Shown here in pieces: positions 8,710 to 16,967 of a stretch of DNA of 34,233 nucleotides (positions are counted from its first letter, which is position 1; every line of letters starts with the position of its first letter). Made by a program: the position numbers and the translations under genes. The notes under the pieces are model-generated. The model was not told the origin of the DNA and made no database searches. It saw nothing but the letters and a program-made list of their open reading frames with translations. Source of the stretch: a bacterium (lineage in GTDB: Bacteria; Electryoneota; Electryoneia; Electryoneales; Electryoneaceae); assembly GCA_043801585.1 (NCBI GenBank), contig JAZDLX010000013.1:1-34233 (forward strand), written 5' to 3'.

Positions 8710-8744
8710 AAAAAGAACCCGTGACGTTTGGCGACGTCACGGGT
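8710..8744 (-). terminator. Intrinsic terminator
   Basis: Perfect 11-bp stem ACCCGTGACGT/ACGTCACGGGT then TCTTTTT on minus strand. Confidence 0.85.
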
Positions 8745-8830
8745 GGGCGAGCGAGGGAGGCAAGCCGTGAATGCCCCCCAATGCTTGTTGCGCTGGGTGT
8801 GTCCGGTGATTCAAGCCGAACAACACCCAC
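8710..8830 (-). ncRNA. Candidate sigma-54-dependent small RNA (~120 nt)
   Basis: Lies between a consensus -24/-12 promoter and a terminator; three hairpins; no RBS-led ORF. Confidence 0.6.
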
Positions 8831-8840
8831 CAAGTAGATG

Positions 8841-8957
8841 AGCAACCTTGATGCCAGAACTGTAACTCATTGAAAGTATGAGCACTAGACTTTTCCGGGG
8901 TCGGCGGAAAAATCCCGCATGTCCAGAAATGAACGGGAGATGTACCGGAAGAGAACA
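8841..8957 (-). promoter_or_regulatory. Sigma-54 promoter with IHF-like site and tandem activator sites
   Basis: CTGGCATCAAGGTTGCT (8857-8841); TTTCAATGAGTTA just upstream; TGT-N10-ACG (8920-8935) and TGT-N11-ACA (8941-8957). Confidence 0.8.
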
Positions 8958-9019
8958 CACGGGATGACCATTTTGCTGCGTAGAAAAGCTGATTCCCCCG
9001 ATGTTAGCAGCCTTGAGGA

Positions 9020-10417
9020 TTAATGCCACCCGATGAAGAAGGGTGGGACCAGCAGGGCGAAACCGACGCCGATCAGGATGACCTGCAACGGCAGTTGCCA
9101 GCGTGCCCAGCGGTCCCAGGGAACCTTCGCCACCGAAAGAATCCCCATCAGCACCGCGCTGGTCGGGATGATCAGGTTGGTGAATCCGTCGCCGAACTGG
9201 TAGGCGAGAACCGCCCACTGGCGGCTGACGCCGAGCAGGTCCGAGAGCGGGGCCATCACCGGCATTGTCAGCGCCGCCTGACCGCTTCCACTGGGGACAA
9301 AGAAGTTGATCACCGTCTGCACGAGGAACATCGCCCAACTCGAGAAGATTGGATGCAGTCCGCCGATCAGGCCCGAAAGTCCGGCGAGCACGGTGTCGAT
9401 GATCCTGCCGTCTCGGGCGATGATCAGGATACCACGGGCAAGGGCGATGATCAGCGCCGTGCCGACGAGTTCACGGGCTCCTCTGAAAAACGACTGTGAA
9501 ATTTCGTTGCCTTTCAGTCCACCGACGATTCCCACCGCGATGCCCGTGCCGAAAAACAGCGCGGCGATCTCCTCGATGTACCAGCTGAACTTGAGCACAC
9601 CGACCACCAGCAGCACCATCGCCAGCCCGAAAACGGCCAGGGTAAAACGGTGGCGGAGGTCGAGCCGGGCGCCAAGATGAGCCTCCTCCTGTTCGTGTTC
9701 AGCGCGGATCTCCTGGTCCATCTCGAAGGTTGGCGAAAGTTCAGGACGAGCCTTGACACGAGCCGCATGACGGAGGACATACACCGTGGCTACAGTTGTG
9801 ACCACAAACCAGACAACGATCCGGTACTGAAGCCCGGAGAACAGCGGGACATCGGCGATGCCCTGAGCGATGCCCACGGTGAACGGGTTGAAGAATGCCC
9901 CGGCGAATCCTGCGCCCGATCCGACAAAAGGAATTGCCACGCCCGTGATCGTGTCATATCCGAGTCGGATGGCGAGTGGAATGAAGAGCAAAACAAAAGG
10001 AATGGTTTCCTCGGCCATTCCGAACACCGCGCCGCCGAGGGAGAACAGGACCATGAACAGTGGAATCAGGGCGAGGCGGACGAAATAGCTGTGGTCGTGG
10101 GCGTGCACCAGCGATCGGATGGCGGCGTCGATGGCGCCGGTTCTCTGCAGGACGAAAAATGCACCGCCGACGATCAACACAAAGCCGATGATTTCCGCCG
10201 CGTCGACAAATCCTTTGATCGGCGCAAGGAGAATTCCACTGATCCCCTGCGGATTGCTGGCGATACGGTGAAAGGAACCGGCAACAACCATCTCGCGGCC
10301 ATCCACAACGGCACGGTCGAACTCTCCGCCGGGAATGATCCAGGTGAGGATTGCGGTAATCGCCAGCAGGCCGATCATCAACAGGGCGGTGTCGATCGCT
10401 TTCATCTTCGTCTTCAT
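9020..10417 (-). CDS. YfcC-family (ion transporter superfamily) transporter
   Basis: ATG 10417 with GGAGA RBS; many TM helices; motifs LTWIIPGGEF, GMAEETIPF, NPFTVGIAQGIA, PSGSGQA, AYQFGDGFTN. Confidence 0.9.
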   Translation of the reverse strand: MKTKMKAIDTALLMIGLLAITAILTWIIPGGEFDRAVVDGREMVVAGSFHRIASNPQGISGILLAPIKGFVDAAEIIGFVLIVGGAFFVLQRTGAIDAAIRSLVHAHDHSYFVRLALIPLFMVLFSLGGAVFGMAEETIPFVLLFIPLAIRLGYDTITGVAIPFVGSGAGFAGAFFNPFTVGIAQGIADVPLFSGLQYRIVVWFVVTTVATVYVLRHAARVKARPELSPTFEMDQEIRAEHEQEEAHLGARLDLRHRFTLAVFGLAMVLLVVGVLKFSWYIEEIAALFFGTGIAVGIVGGLKGNEISQSFFRGARELVGTALIIALARGILIIARDGRIIDTVLAGLSGLIGGLHPIFSSWAMFLVQTVINFFVPSGSGQAALTMPVMAPLSDLLGVSRQWAVLAYQFGDGFTNLIIPTSAVLMGILSVAKVPWDRWARWQLPLQVILIGVGFALLVPPFFIGWH

Positions 10418-10569
10418 GTGCCGGATTCTCCGTCTGGGCTGTGGTCGATTCGGCAAAATAGGGTGTAAGAGGGGGGCTTTGCACAAGTCCAGGTTAAGCA
10501 GGCCATCAATGACCGGGAGAGGTGGGACGAATGGATGTTGCCGCTGGCTCTCGAGCCTGCGCGAGACTG

Positions 10570-10598
10570 TTGCTTACTGATCGATCAGTAAGTATGTT
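10570..10598 (+). promoter_or_regulatory. Sigma-70-like promoter overlapped by a perfect 20-bp TetR-type operator
   Basis: TTGCTT-N17-TATGTT; CTTACTGATCGATCAGTAAG (10573-10592) is its own reverse complement. Confidence 0.8.
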
Positions 10599-10652
10599 TG
10601 TGGTGAGCCAGGTTATGGTAGCTCAGAAAAATTGCTTTGAGAGGAGTAACAA

Positions 10653-11504
10653 ATGTTTGGATATGACGGAGGACGTGGATCCGGAGGTAGCGGCAAAGGC
10701 GGTGGCTCGGGGGGCGGTGGCAAAGGTGGTGGCTCGGGCAGGGGCCGTGGACAAGACGGCAAAGGCTTGGGCCGGGGAATCGGGCGTTTTGCTGGTGGTG
10801 AGCACCCAAAACGTCATCGCGGTCTGACAGAATTTGGCTGGCGATGGCACGAACACGGGCTCTCCCGAGCGGAGCAGGGGGAGCGGACGCGTGAAGACAT
10901 CCTCACGGCGGCAACATCCCTGTTCTCGGAGAAGGGTTTTGCGGGAACGTCGATGCGCATGCTCGCCCACGCAATCGGAGCGTCCCAGGCGCTGCTCCAC
11001 TTCCACTTCGGGAGCAAGATGGGTCTTTACCGTGCGGTCCTCGACAAAATGAAGGGCGGGCGTGAGGAAACCCTCGAAATGCCGTCGCAGGAGGATACGG
11101 ACTTTGAGGACTCCTTCCTGGATGGACTTTCGGCCCGGTTGCGTTACTACCAGAAAAATCCCGCACGAGCAAAAATTGTTCTTTGGTCGGCGCTTGAGGA
11201 CATGGACGAGGAATCGCCGGACATGGTTCGTGTTCGGGAAAAGATCATTGAGTGGTTGCAGCGAGCGGAGTCGGAAGGACTGATTCGAGAGGAGATTTCC
11301 CTGCCGCACCTTGCGGCGATGCTCGCAGGTATAATCCTGCTCTGGCCGCTTATCAGGGAGCGCTATACCGAGATGCTGCAGCGCGAGGAGCGAAAAAACA
11401 CCGACATGCTGTACAACGACCTGATCCTTGAGATTTTCATGCGTGGAGTGGGAACGAAAGCGTTGGAACAGGACGAAAAAAAGCGGCGGTTGAAGGAATC
11501 CTGA
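10653..11504 (+). CDS. TetR/AcrR-family regulator with Gly-rich N-terminal extension
   Basis: GAGGAG RBS; HTH region ILTAATSLFSEKGFAGTSMRMLAHAIGASQALLHFHFGSKMGLY. Confidence 0.9.
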   Translation: MFGYDGGRGSGGSGKGGGSGGGGKGGGSGRGRGQDGKGLGRGIGRFAGGEHPKRHRGLTEFGWRWHEHGLSRAEQGERTREDILTAATSLFSEKGFAGTSMRMLAHAIGASQALLHFHFGSKMGLYRAVLDKMKGGREETLEMPSQEDTDFEDSFLDGLSARLRYYQKNPARAKIVLWSALEDMDEESPDMVRVREKIIEWLQRAESEGLIREEISLPHLAAMLAGIILLWPLIRERYTEMLQREERKNTDMLYNDLILEIFMRGVGTKALEQDEKKRRLKES

Positions 11505-11535
11505 AAGAGATCGTGGGCCGGAAACGGAGCGTGAG

Positions 11536-12192
11536 ATGAAAAATCTGATGCGGTCCCAGTTTGGACATCCCCATGGAATCCTCGGACATCTCGTCGGCTG
11601 GGCGATGTCGATTGAGAATAAAGAGCGAAACGAATGGGTTGTCAAACAACTGCCGGTGAGGAAGGACAGCCGCGTATTGGAAATCGGATTCGGGCCCGGA
11701 GTGGCGTTGAGTTGTCTGGCGCAGCGTGTTGAAGAAGGTGAGATCGTCGGTGTCGATTCATCCGCCATTATGGTCGCTCAGGCGTCACACAGGAACGCAG
11801 ACAACATCCGCAAGGGGCGGGTTCGACTGATCCACGGTACCGTCGAGGAGATGACGGATGACGATGGACTGTTCGACGTGATCTTTTCGGTGAATACTCT
11901 GGGCAGGCACCAGGAGCTTACGGAGGGACTCAATCGCCTTCAGGCGAAGCTGAAGCCGGGCGGGACCCTGGTCATTGCACACCAGTCACCAACGAAGCAA
12001 AGCATCGAGCAGCTTGAAAGCTACCGGCGAGACATTCATCGGGCGATGGCTGCCGTGGGATTCGCGGACTTTCAGATTCTACAGAAAGAAATGAAACGTC
12101 AACCCATATGCCTGATCATGGGGAGAACGCCTGCCAAAGTGGATTCATCTGAATCGACCTTGAAAGCGAAAGAGGGAAGCGTCGTTGAATAA
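11536..12192 (+). CDS. Class I SAM-dependent methyltransferase
   Basis: Motif I VLEIGFGPG, GVDSS, FDVIFSVN, LKPGG; N-terminal QFGHPHGILG. Confidence 0.92.
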   Translation: MKNLMRSQFGHPHGILGHLVGWAMSIENKERNEWVVKQLPVRKDSRVLEIGFGPGVALSCLAQRVEEGEIVGVDSSAIMVAQASHRNADNIRKGRVRLIHGTVEEMTDDDGLFDVIFSVNTLGRHQELTEGLNRLQAKLKPGGTLVIAHQSPTKQSIEQLESYRRDIHRAMAAVGFADFQILQKEMKRQPICLIMGRTPAKVDSSESTLKAKEGSVVE

Positions 12193-12198
12193 CCCTTA

Positions 12199-13068
12199 TC
12201 AAAACGGGTTATCCATGATCGCGCATCCGCAGACGGTGTCCGAGAGACCGCAATAGAACTGAACACGGCCGTCCGCGAGCGGGACAAGCCCGCCGCTGAT
12301 GACCACATCATGAAGCTCGGGCTCACGTTTCGCCACGGCCTTGGGGAAGTCTTTCCTCTCCGCAATCACACGCATCGGAGTGGCTTTCCGTGAAGCGACA
12401 TCCCAGACAAACGCCGTCGCCCGGTAATGTTTGAGTTGGTTTTCACGTTCGTCCGTCGAAAACTCGGCGGCATGGCCGAGAACTCCGACGAGCCCCGGGG
12501 CGAGCAGTCGAACCTCATTCGCGCCGCCCCAGGTATCATCACCAAACTGCCCGGGGATCAGCGGCGCATGAACAAGGTCCGCCGTCGCCAGGTCAGCAAG
12601 CCGCGCGAGGATCGTAAATCCAATTTTACCCCTGCCACCGATTTCTCCCATCGGACGGGTGAAAACACCGATCCGGCCGTCGTCCAGTTCGAGCAGCCGG
12701 ATGTCTTTCATCGTCAGGGGTCCTTCAGCGAAAAGTTTCAGATCGTGTACGGTGTTGCCACGGTAGAACAGCGTCTTCCACGAGTTGTTCTCCACCGGAT
12801 AACGTACTCCGCCAAACACGAACTCTCCATGAACGCGGGAAATGAAAGGATCCTGGAGAGGAAATGACGGCGAACCGGTGATCCGTTCCCACCCCTTTTT
12901 GGTTTCTGTGAAAAAGAATATGTGGGAGTCTGTCTCGGAGGTGCGTGACTCCACCCGCGCGGCGAGGGTTCGCACTCCATGATCGTCAAAGGGAGCGGTG
13001 GGGTTGTAAACATCCAGCCCTTCAACATCGGGACCGTGAAAACGGAGAAGTTCAGAGGATAGAATCAT
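12199..13068 (-). CDS. DUF1861 / GT108-like beta-mannoside transferase/phosphorylase
   Basis: Motifs DVYNPTAPF, ARVESR, LQDPF, GP..MKDIRL, VFTRP, GGANE, GVLGH, DVVISGGL, GLSD; ATG 13068 with GAGGG RBS. Confidence 0.8.
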   Translation of the reverse strand: MILSSELLRFHGPDVEGLDVYNPTAPFDDHGVRTLAARVESRTSETDSHIFFFTETKKGWERITGSPSFPLQDPFISRVHGEFVFGGVRYPVENNSWKTLFYRGNTVHDLKLFAEGPLTMKDIRLLELDDGRIGVFTRPMGEIGGRGKIGFTILARLADLATADLVHAPLIPGQFGDDTWGGANEVRLLAPGLVGVLGHAAEFSTDERENQLKHYRATAFVWDVASRKATPMRVIAERKDFPKAVAKREPELHDVVISGGLVPLADGRVQFYCGLSDTVCGCAIMDNPF

Positions 13069-13091
13069 GTTGCCCTCGGGTTGAACTCTGT

Positions 13092-14657
13092 TCAGCGTGG
13101 AGGAAGATAGTTTTCCACCAGTTTTTCGTATGCGGACACCTGCTCTTTTGCCCACCGTTTTCCGGTTTTCATTTCCTTCGACATGATTTCCGCAACTTTC
13201 GGTGCGATAGCGAGGCTGGCTTTCGCGTCGAGGAGAAGGCTGCGCGTGCGTCTCGCGAGAACATCCTCCAAGGAACGAGCCATTTCCTCGCGAACCGCCC
13301 AGACAATTTGGGCGCCGATCACAGGCAGGTTGGAGTGCAGTCGTTCGCCGAGTTTTTTCTCCTGTTTCGCAAGGGCGAGAATGTCGGGTGCGTCGGAGCC
13401 GTATTCCGCGAGTTCACCGAATTCATGGGAATGGGTATGGTAGCCGTGAATGTTGAGGTTGCTGGTGACACATGGTTGTTCGTCGAGACGCGCAATGACG
13501 GCTGCGTGATCCACGGTTTCCTCCGCCATGCGCCGGTAAGTCGTCCACTTCCCACCGGCAATGGTCACAAGCCCGCTATGGGAAATGGCGATTGTATGAT
13601 CCCGGGAAATCGCGGCGGTGTTGCCGTTGTCATCGGCGGGACCAACGAGTGGGCGAATACCCGCAAAGACGCTGAGTACATCACTGTGGGTTGGATCCTG
13701 CGAGAGATAGCGGGCCGCATGGCCGACAAGGAAATCCACCTCTTCTTTCAACGGTATCGGTTCGAGCGGAATCTGATGCACGGGCGTGTCGGTTGTTCCG
13801 ACAATCACCCGGTTCTGCCAGGGAATGGCAAACATCACCCGGCCGTCATCCGTGTGGGGAACCATAATGGCGTTGTCGCCGGGCAGAAACCTCCTGTCAA
13901 TCACAATGTGAACACCCTGGCTCGGCCTGATGAACGCGCTGGCGTTGGGATCGTCAAGGCGCCGCAGGGCATCGGAAAATGGACCGGTGGCGTTGATCAC
14001 GGCGCGGGCGCGCAGTTCATGGTTTGCGCCGCTCTCTTCATCATGCACGGTGACACCATCAACGAAACCGTCCGTCTTCGTCAATCCGGTGACCTTCATG
14101 TAATTGAGCGCCACGGCACCCTGTTCCACCGCGGTTTGCAACAGTGCGATGACGAAACGGGAATCATCGAACTGTCCGTCATGGTAGATCACTCCGCCGC
14201 GAAGACCATTCGTTTCGATGGTGGGGATGCGTTCGAGAGTTTCATCTCGCGAGAGGAGGCGGGTTTCGCCCAGGTTATGACGGCCCGCAAGGACGCTGTA
14301 AAGTTTGAGCCCGATACCGTAGAAAGGCGCCTCCCACCAGTCGTAGTTGGGGACGACAAAGGGGAGGTTGTGAACGAGGTGCGGGGCGTTCCGGATCATC
14401 AGCCCGCGTTCGTGCAACGCTTCCAGCACGAGGGTAAGATTTCCCTGTTGCAGGTAACGAACTCCGCCGTGAGCGAGCTTGGTGGACCGGCTGGAAGTGC
14501 CTTTGCTGAAATCGTCCTGTTCAAGCAGAAGGATGCGATAGCCGCGCGCGGCCGCGTCGAGCGCGATGCCGGATCCCGTGGCGCCGCCTCCAACGACAAC
14601 CATATCCCAGGGGCGGTCGTTTCCGATAACCTGACGAAGCATGGATTCGCGGTTCAT
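13092..14657 (-). CDS. glpD: FAD-dependent glycerol-3-phosphate dehydrogenase/oxidase
   Basis: GGAGAGG RBS; VVGGGATGSG, GTSSRSTKLAHGGVRYL, DGQFDD, NATGP, GTTD, GGKWTTYR. Confidence 0.95.
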   Translation of the reverse strand: MNRESMLRQVIGNDRPWDMVVVGGGATGSGIALDAAARGYRILLLEQDDFSKGTSSRSTKLAHGGVRYLQQGNLTLVLEALHERGLMIRNAPHLVHNLPFVVPNYDWWEAPFYGIGLKLYSVLAGRHNLGETRLLSRDETLERIPTIETNGLRGGVIYHDGQFDDSRFVIALLQTAVEQGAVALNYMKVTGLTKTDGFVDGVTVHDEESGANHELRARAVINATGPFSDALRRLDDPNASAFIRPSQGVHIVIDRRFLPGDNAIMVPHTDDGRVMFAIPWQNRVIVGTTDTPVHQIPLEPIPLKEEVDFLVGHAARYLSQDPTHSDVLSVFAGIRPLVGPADDNGNTAAISRDHTIAISHSGLVTIAGGKWTTYRRMAEETVDHAAVIARLDEQPCVTSNLNIHGYHTHSHEFGELAEYGSDAPDILALAKQEKKLGERLHSNLPVIGAQIVWAVREEMARSLEDVLARRTRSLLLDAKASLAIAPKVAEIMSKEMKTGKRWAKEQVSAYEKLVENYLPPR

Positions 14658-14875
14658 GAACCTCTCCGGGTGAGTGGTTGCCCTCTGTTCATCAGGGAAA
14701 CATGCATTAGTCTGAACGGGTACACTCAAGGTAGCGGGTAAAGGCTGAAAGATTCCACGACTGCCGTGTGTCAACTCCCGGCACAGCTCTCACGCAAAGC
14801 GTACAGCAAAGCCGGATCTCTTTGAATTTGCTCCTGCTCTTGGCACCTTGGGGGCAAGCAACCGTGGAGGCTCGC

Positions 14876-16375
14876 GTGGTGAAGCTCGTCATGGCCATTG
14901 ACCAGGGGACAACATCCTCCCGATCCATTCTGTTTGACGGTGAGGGGCATGTTGTTTCCCGGGCACAGAAGGAATTTACGCAGCACTATCCCGAACCCGG
15001 ACAGGTGGAGCACGATCCGCGCGACATCTGGTCAAGCACCGCTTTTACCATCACAGAAGTGATTCACGGCGTGGGCGTCTCGCTGAAGGACATCGCAGCG
15101 GTCGGAATCACCAACCAGCGGGAAACAACCCTCCTCTGGGACCGAAAAACGGGCCAACCTCTCCACAATGCCATTGTCTGGCAGGATAGACGAACTGCCG
15201 GAATGTGTGACACGCTGATTTCGGAAGGGCATGGCGGGATGGTTCGTGCGAAAACCGGATTGATCATTGACGCCTATTTCAGTGCGACAAAACTTGCATG
15301 GCTGCTCGATCATATAGAGGGAGCACGTGATCGGGCGCGACGCGGAGAGTTGGCGTTCGGCACGGTGGACACCTGGTTGATTTGGCAGCTCACTGGCGGC
15401 CAGGTTCACGCCACCGATGTGACGAATGCGTCACGGACAATGCTCTTTAATATCCATGAAAGCAGGTGGGACGAGGAGCTGATCGCGTTGCTGGATATTC
15501 CCCGTGAGCTTCTGCCCGACGTTCATCCCTCGAGCGGAGTTATGGGGGAAGTGATCAACGACATTCTTCCCGGATCTGTTTCGATTTCCGGGATCGCAGG
15601 GGATCAGCAGGCCGCGCTCTTTGGACAGGCATGTTTTACGCCAGGCCTTTCCAAGATGTCCTATGGCACCGGGGGATTCCTCGTACTGAACACAGGAACG
15701 GACGCAGTCCAATCGCGCAACAACCTGCTGACGACAGTCGCCTGGGACATTGGAGAGGGTATCCGTTATGCGCTCGAAGGGAGTGTCTATGTCGTCGGAG
15801 CGGTGGTACAATGGTTGCGGGATGGCCTTGGAATCATTCGTTCGTCGTCGTCGGTGGAGCCGCTTGCCAACACTGTGAAGGACAACGGAGGCGTGTTTTT
15901 TGTACCCGCATTCACTGGACTCGGGGCGCCTTATTGGGATCCGTACGCAAGAGGCACCATCGTTGGCTTGACTCGCGGCACTGAAGCGGGACATATCGCT
16001 CGAGCGGCGCTGGAGTGCATGGCGTACCAGACGCTGGATGTCCTGCGTGCAATGGAGAAGGATGCCGGGCGGCCAGTGGAAGAACTTCGGGTGGACGGTG
16101 GAGCGGCTGTCGACGATACGCTTCTTCAGTTTCAGGCGGATATCGCAGGGATACCGCTGGTTCGTCCAGCCGTGCTTGAGACGACGGCGCTCGGCGCTGC
16201 CTATCTGGCCGGGCTGGCTGTCGGTGTATGGAAAGACACGGATGATGTCGCTGAGCGCCGGCGGGTGGAACGCGTTTTTGAACCGGCGATGCCGGTTGAT
16301 CAAGCGGAAAGTTTGATGGCATTGTGGCATCGTGCGGTGGAGCGGTCATTGCGTTGGGAAGAGCCCGATTCATGA
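14876..16375 (+). CDS. glpK: Glycerol kinase
   Basis: GGAGG RBS, GTG start (14876 or 14879); [55 protein letters not shown]. Confidence 0.96.
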   Translation: MVKLVMAIDQGTTSSRSILFDGEGHVVSRAQKEFTQHYPEPGQVEHDPRDIWSSTAFTITEVIHGVGVSLKDIAAVGITNQRETTLLWDRKTGQPLHNAIVWQDRRTAGMCDTLISEGHGGMVRAKTGLIIDAYFSATKLAWLLDHIEGARDRARRGELAFGTVDTWLIWQLTGGQVHATDVTNASRTMLFNIHESRWDEELIALLDIPRELLPDVHPSSGVMGEVINDILPGSVSISGIAGDQQAALFGQACFTPGLSKMSYGTGGFLVLNTGTDAVQSRNNLLTTVAWDIGEGIRYALEGSVYVVGAVVQWLRDGLGIIRSSSSVEPLANTVKDNGGVFFVPAFTGLGAPYWDPYARGTIVGLTRGTEAGHIARAALECMAYQTLDVLRAMEKDAGRPVEELRVDGGAAVDDTLLQFQADIAGIPLVRPAVLETTALGAAYLAGLAVGVWKDTDDVAERRRVERVFEPAMPVDQAESLMALWHRAVERSLRWEEPDS

Positions 16376-16407
16376 AGAAATGGCACACGCATTGTAATCC
16401 AGAGAAT

Positions 16408-16442
16408 GAAATCCCCGGACGAGTAAATCGCCCGGGGATTTC
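16408..16442. terminator. Hairpin between convergent glpK and the cus operon
   Basis: GAAATCCCCGG...CCGGGGATTTC, perfect 11-bp stem. Confidence 0.7.
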
Positions 16443-16489
16443 TTCGTGCTGAGTGCCCTGGGGGGATGGGACACCAGCAATTTCCGTGC

Positions 16490-16924
16490 TTAATGCCTGT
16501 GTCCTGAGTGATCCATGCTTTTCATGCTTCCCATCTTGCCTTCCTTTGCACCTCTCTCGAGCGGGACAAGTTTCATGCCGCAGACGGGGCAATTCTTAAG
16601 AGTGTCCGATGCTGTCACGACAGAACACGAAGCCATCGGGCAGACGTAAAGCTGCTTCGCTTCCCGAAGTGTTTTGACTTGCTCATCGCTCATCTTTTTC
16701 AGGGGCATGCCGCATGCGTTAATGGTGCAGTGAGCGTCGGGATTGTCGCTGACGATGTAAGGATGCATCGGACAACTGTAAAGAGAATCAGCGGTGAAGA
16801 CGAAGCCCATGTCCTTGTGCATCATCATCCCAGAATCCTTGTCGCCGTGCATCTGTCCCTGTTGCGCTAAAAGGGGAAATGCGAACAACGCAAGGACGGC
16901 TGCTATCACGAAAAACTGTTTCAT
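16490..16924 (-). CDS. Periplasmic heavy-metal-binding-domain protein, Met/His-rich
   Basis: AAGGAG RBS, signal peptide; YSCPMHP...C..CGMPL and YVCPM..C...CPVCGMKL; C-terminal MDHSGHRH. Confidence 0.85.
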   Translation of the reverse strand: MKQFFVIAAVLALFAFPLLAQQGQMHGDKDSGMMMHKDMGFVFTADSLYSCPMHPYIVSDNPDAHCTINACGMPLKKMSDEQVKTLREAKQLYVCPMASCSVVTASDTLKNCPVCGMKLVPLERGAKEGKMGSMKSMDHSGHRH

Positions 16925-16967
16925 TCTGATCTCCTTCACGTGCTTATGGTTGCGTGTTGTTTGTTCA

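Noticed and set aside
14841..14856. Sigma-54 promoter for glpK (TGGCAC-N5-GGGCA)
   Set aside because: Poor -12 element and the predicted start would fall inside the RBS.
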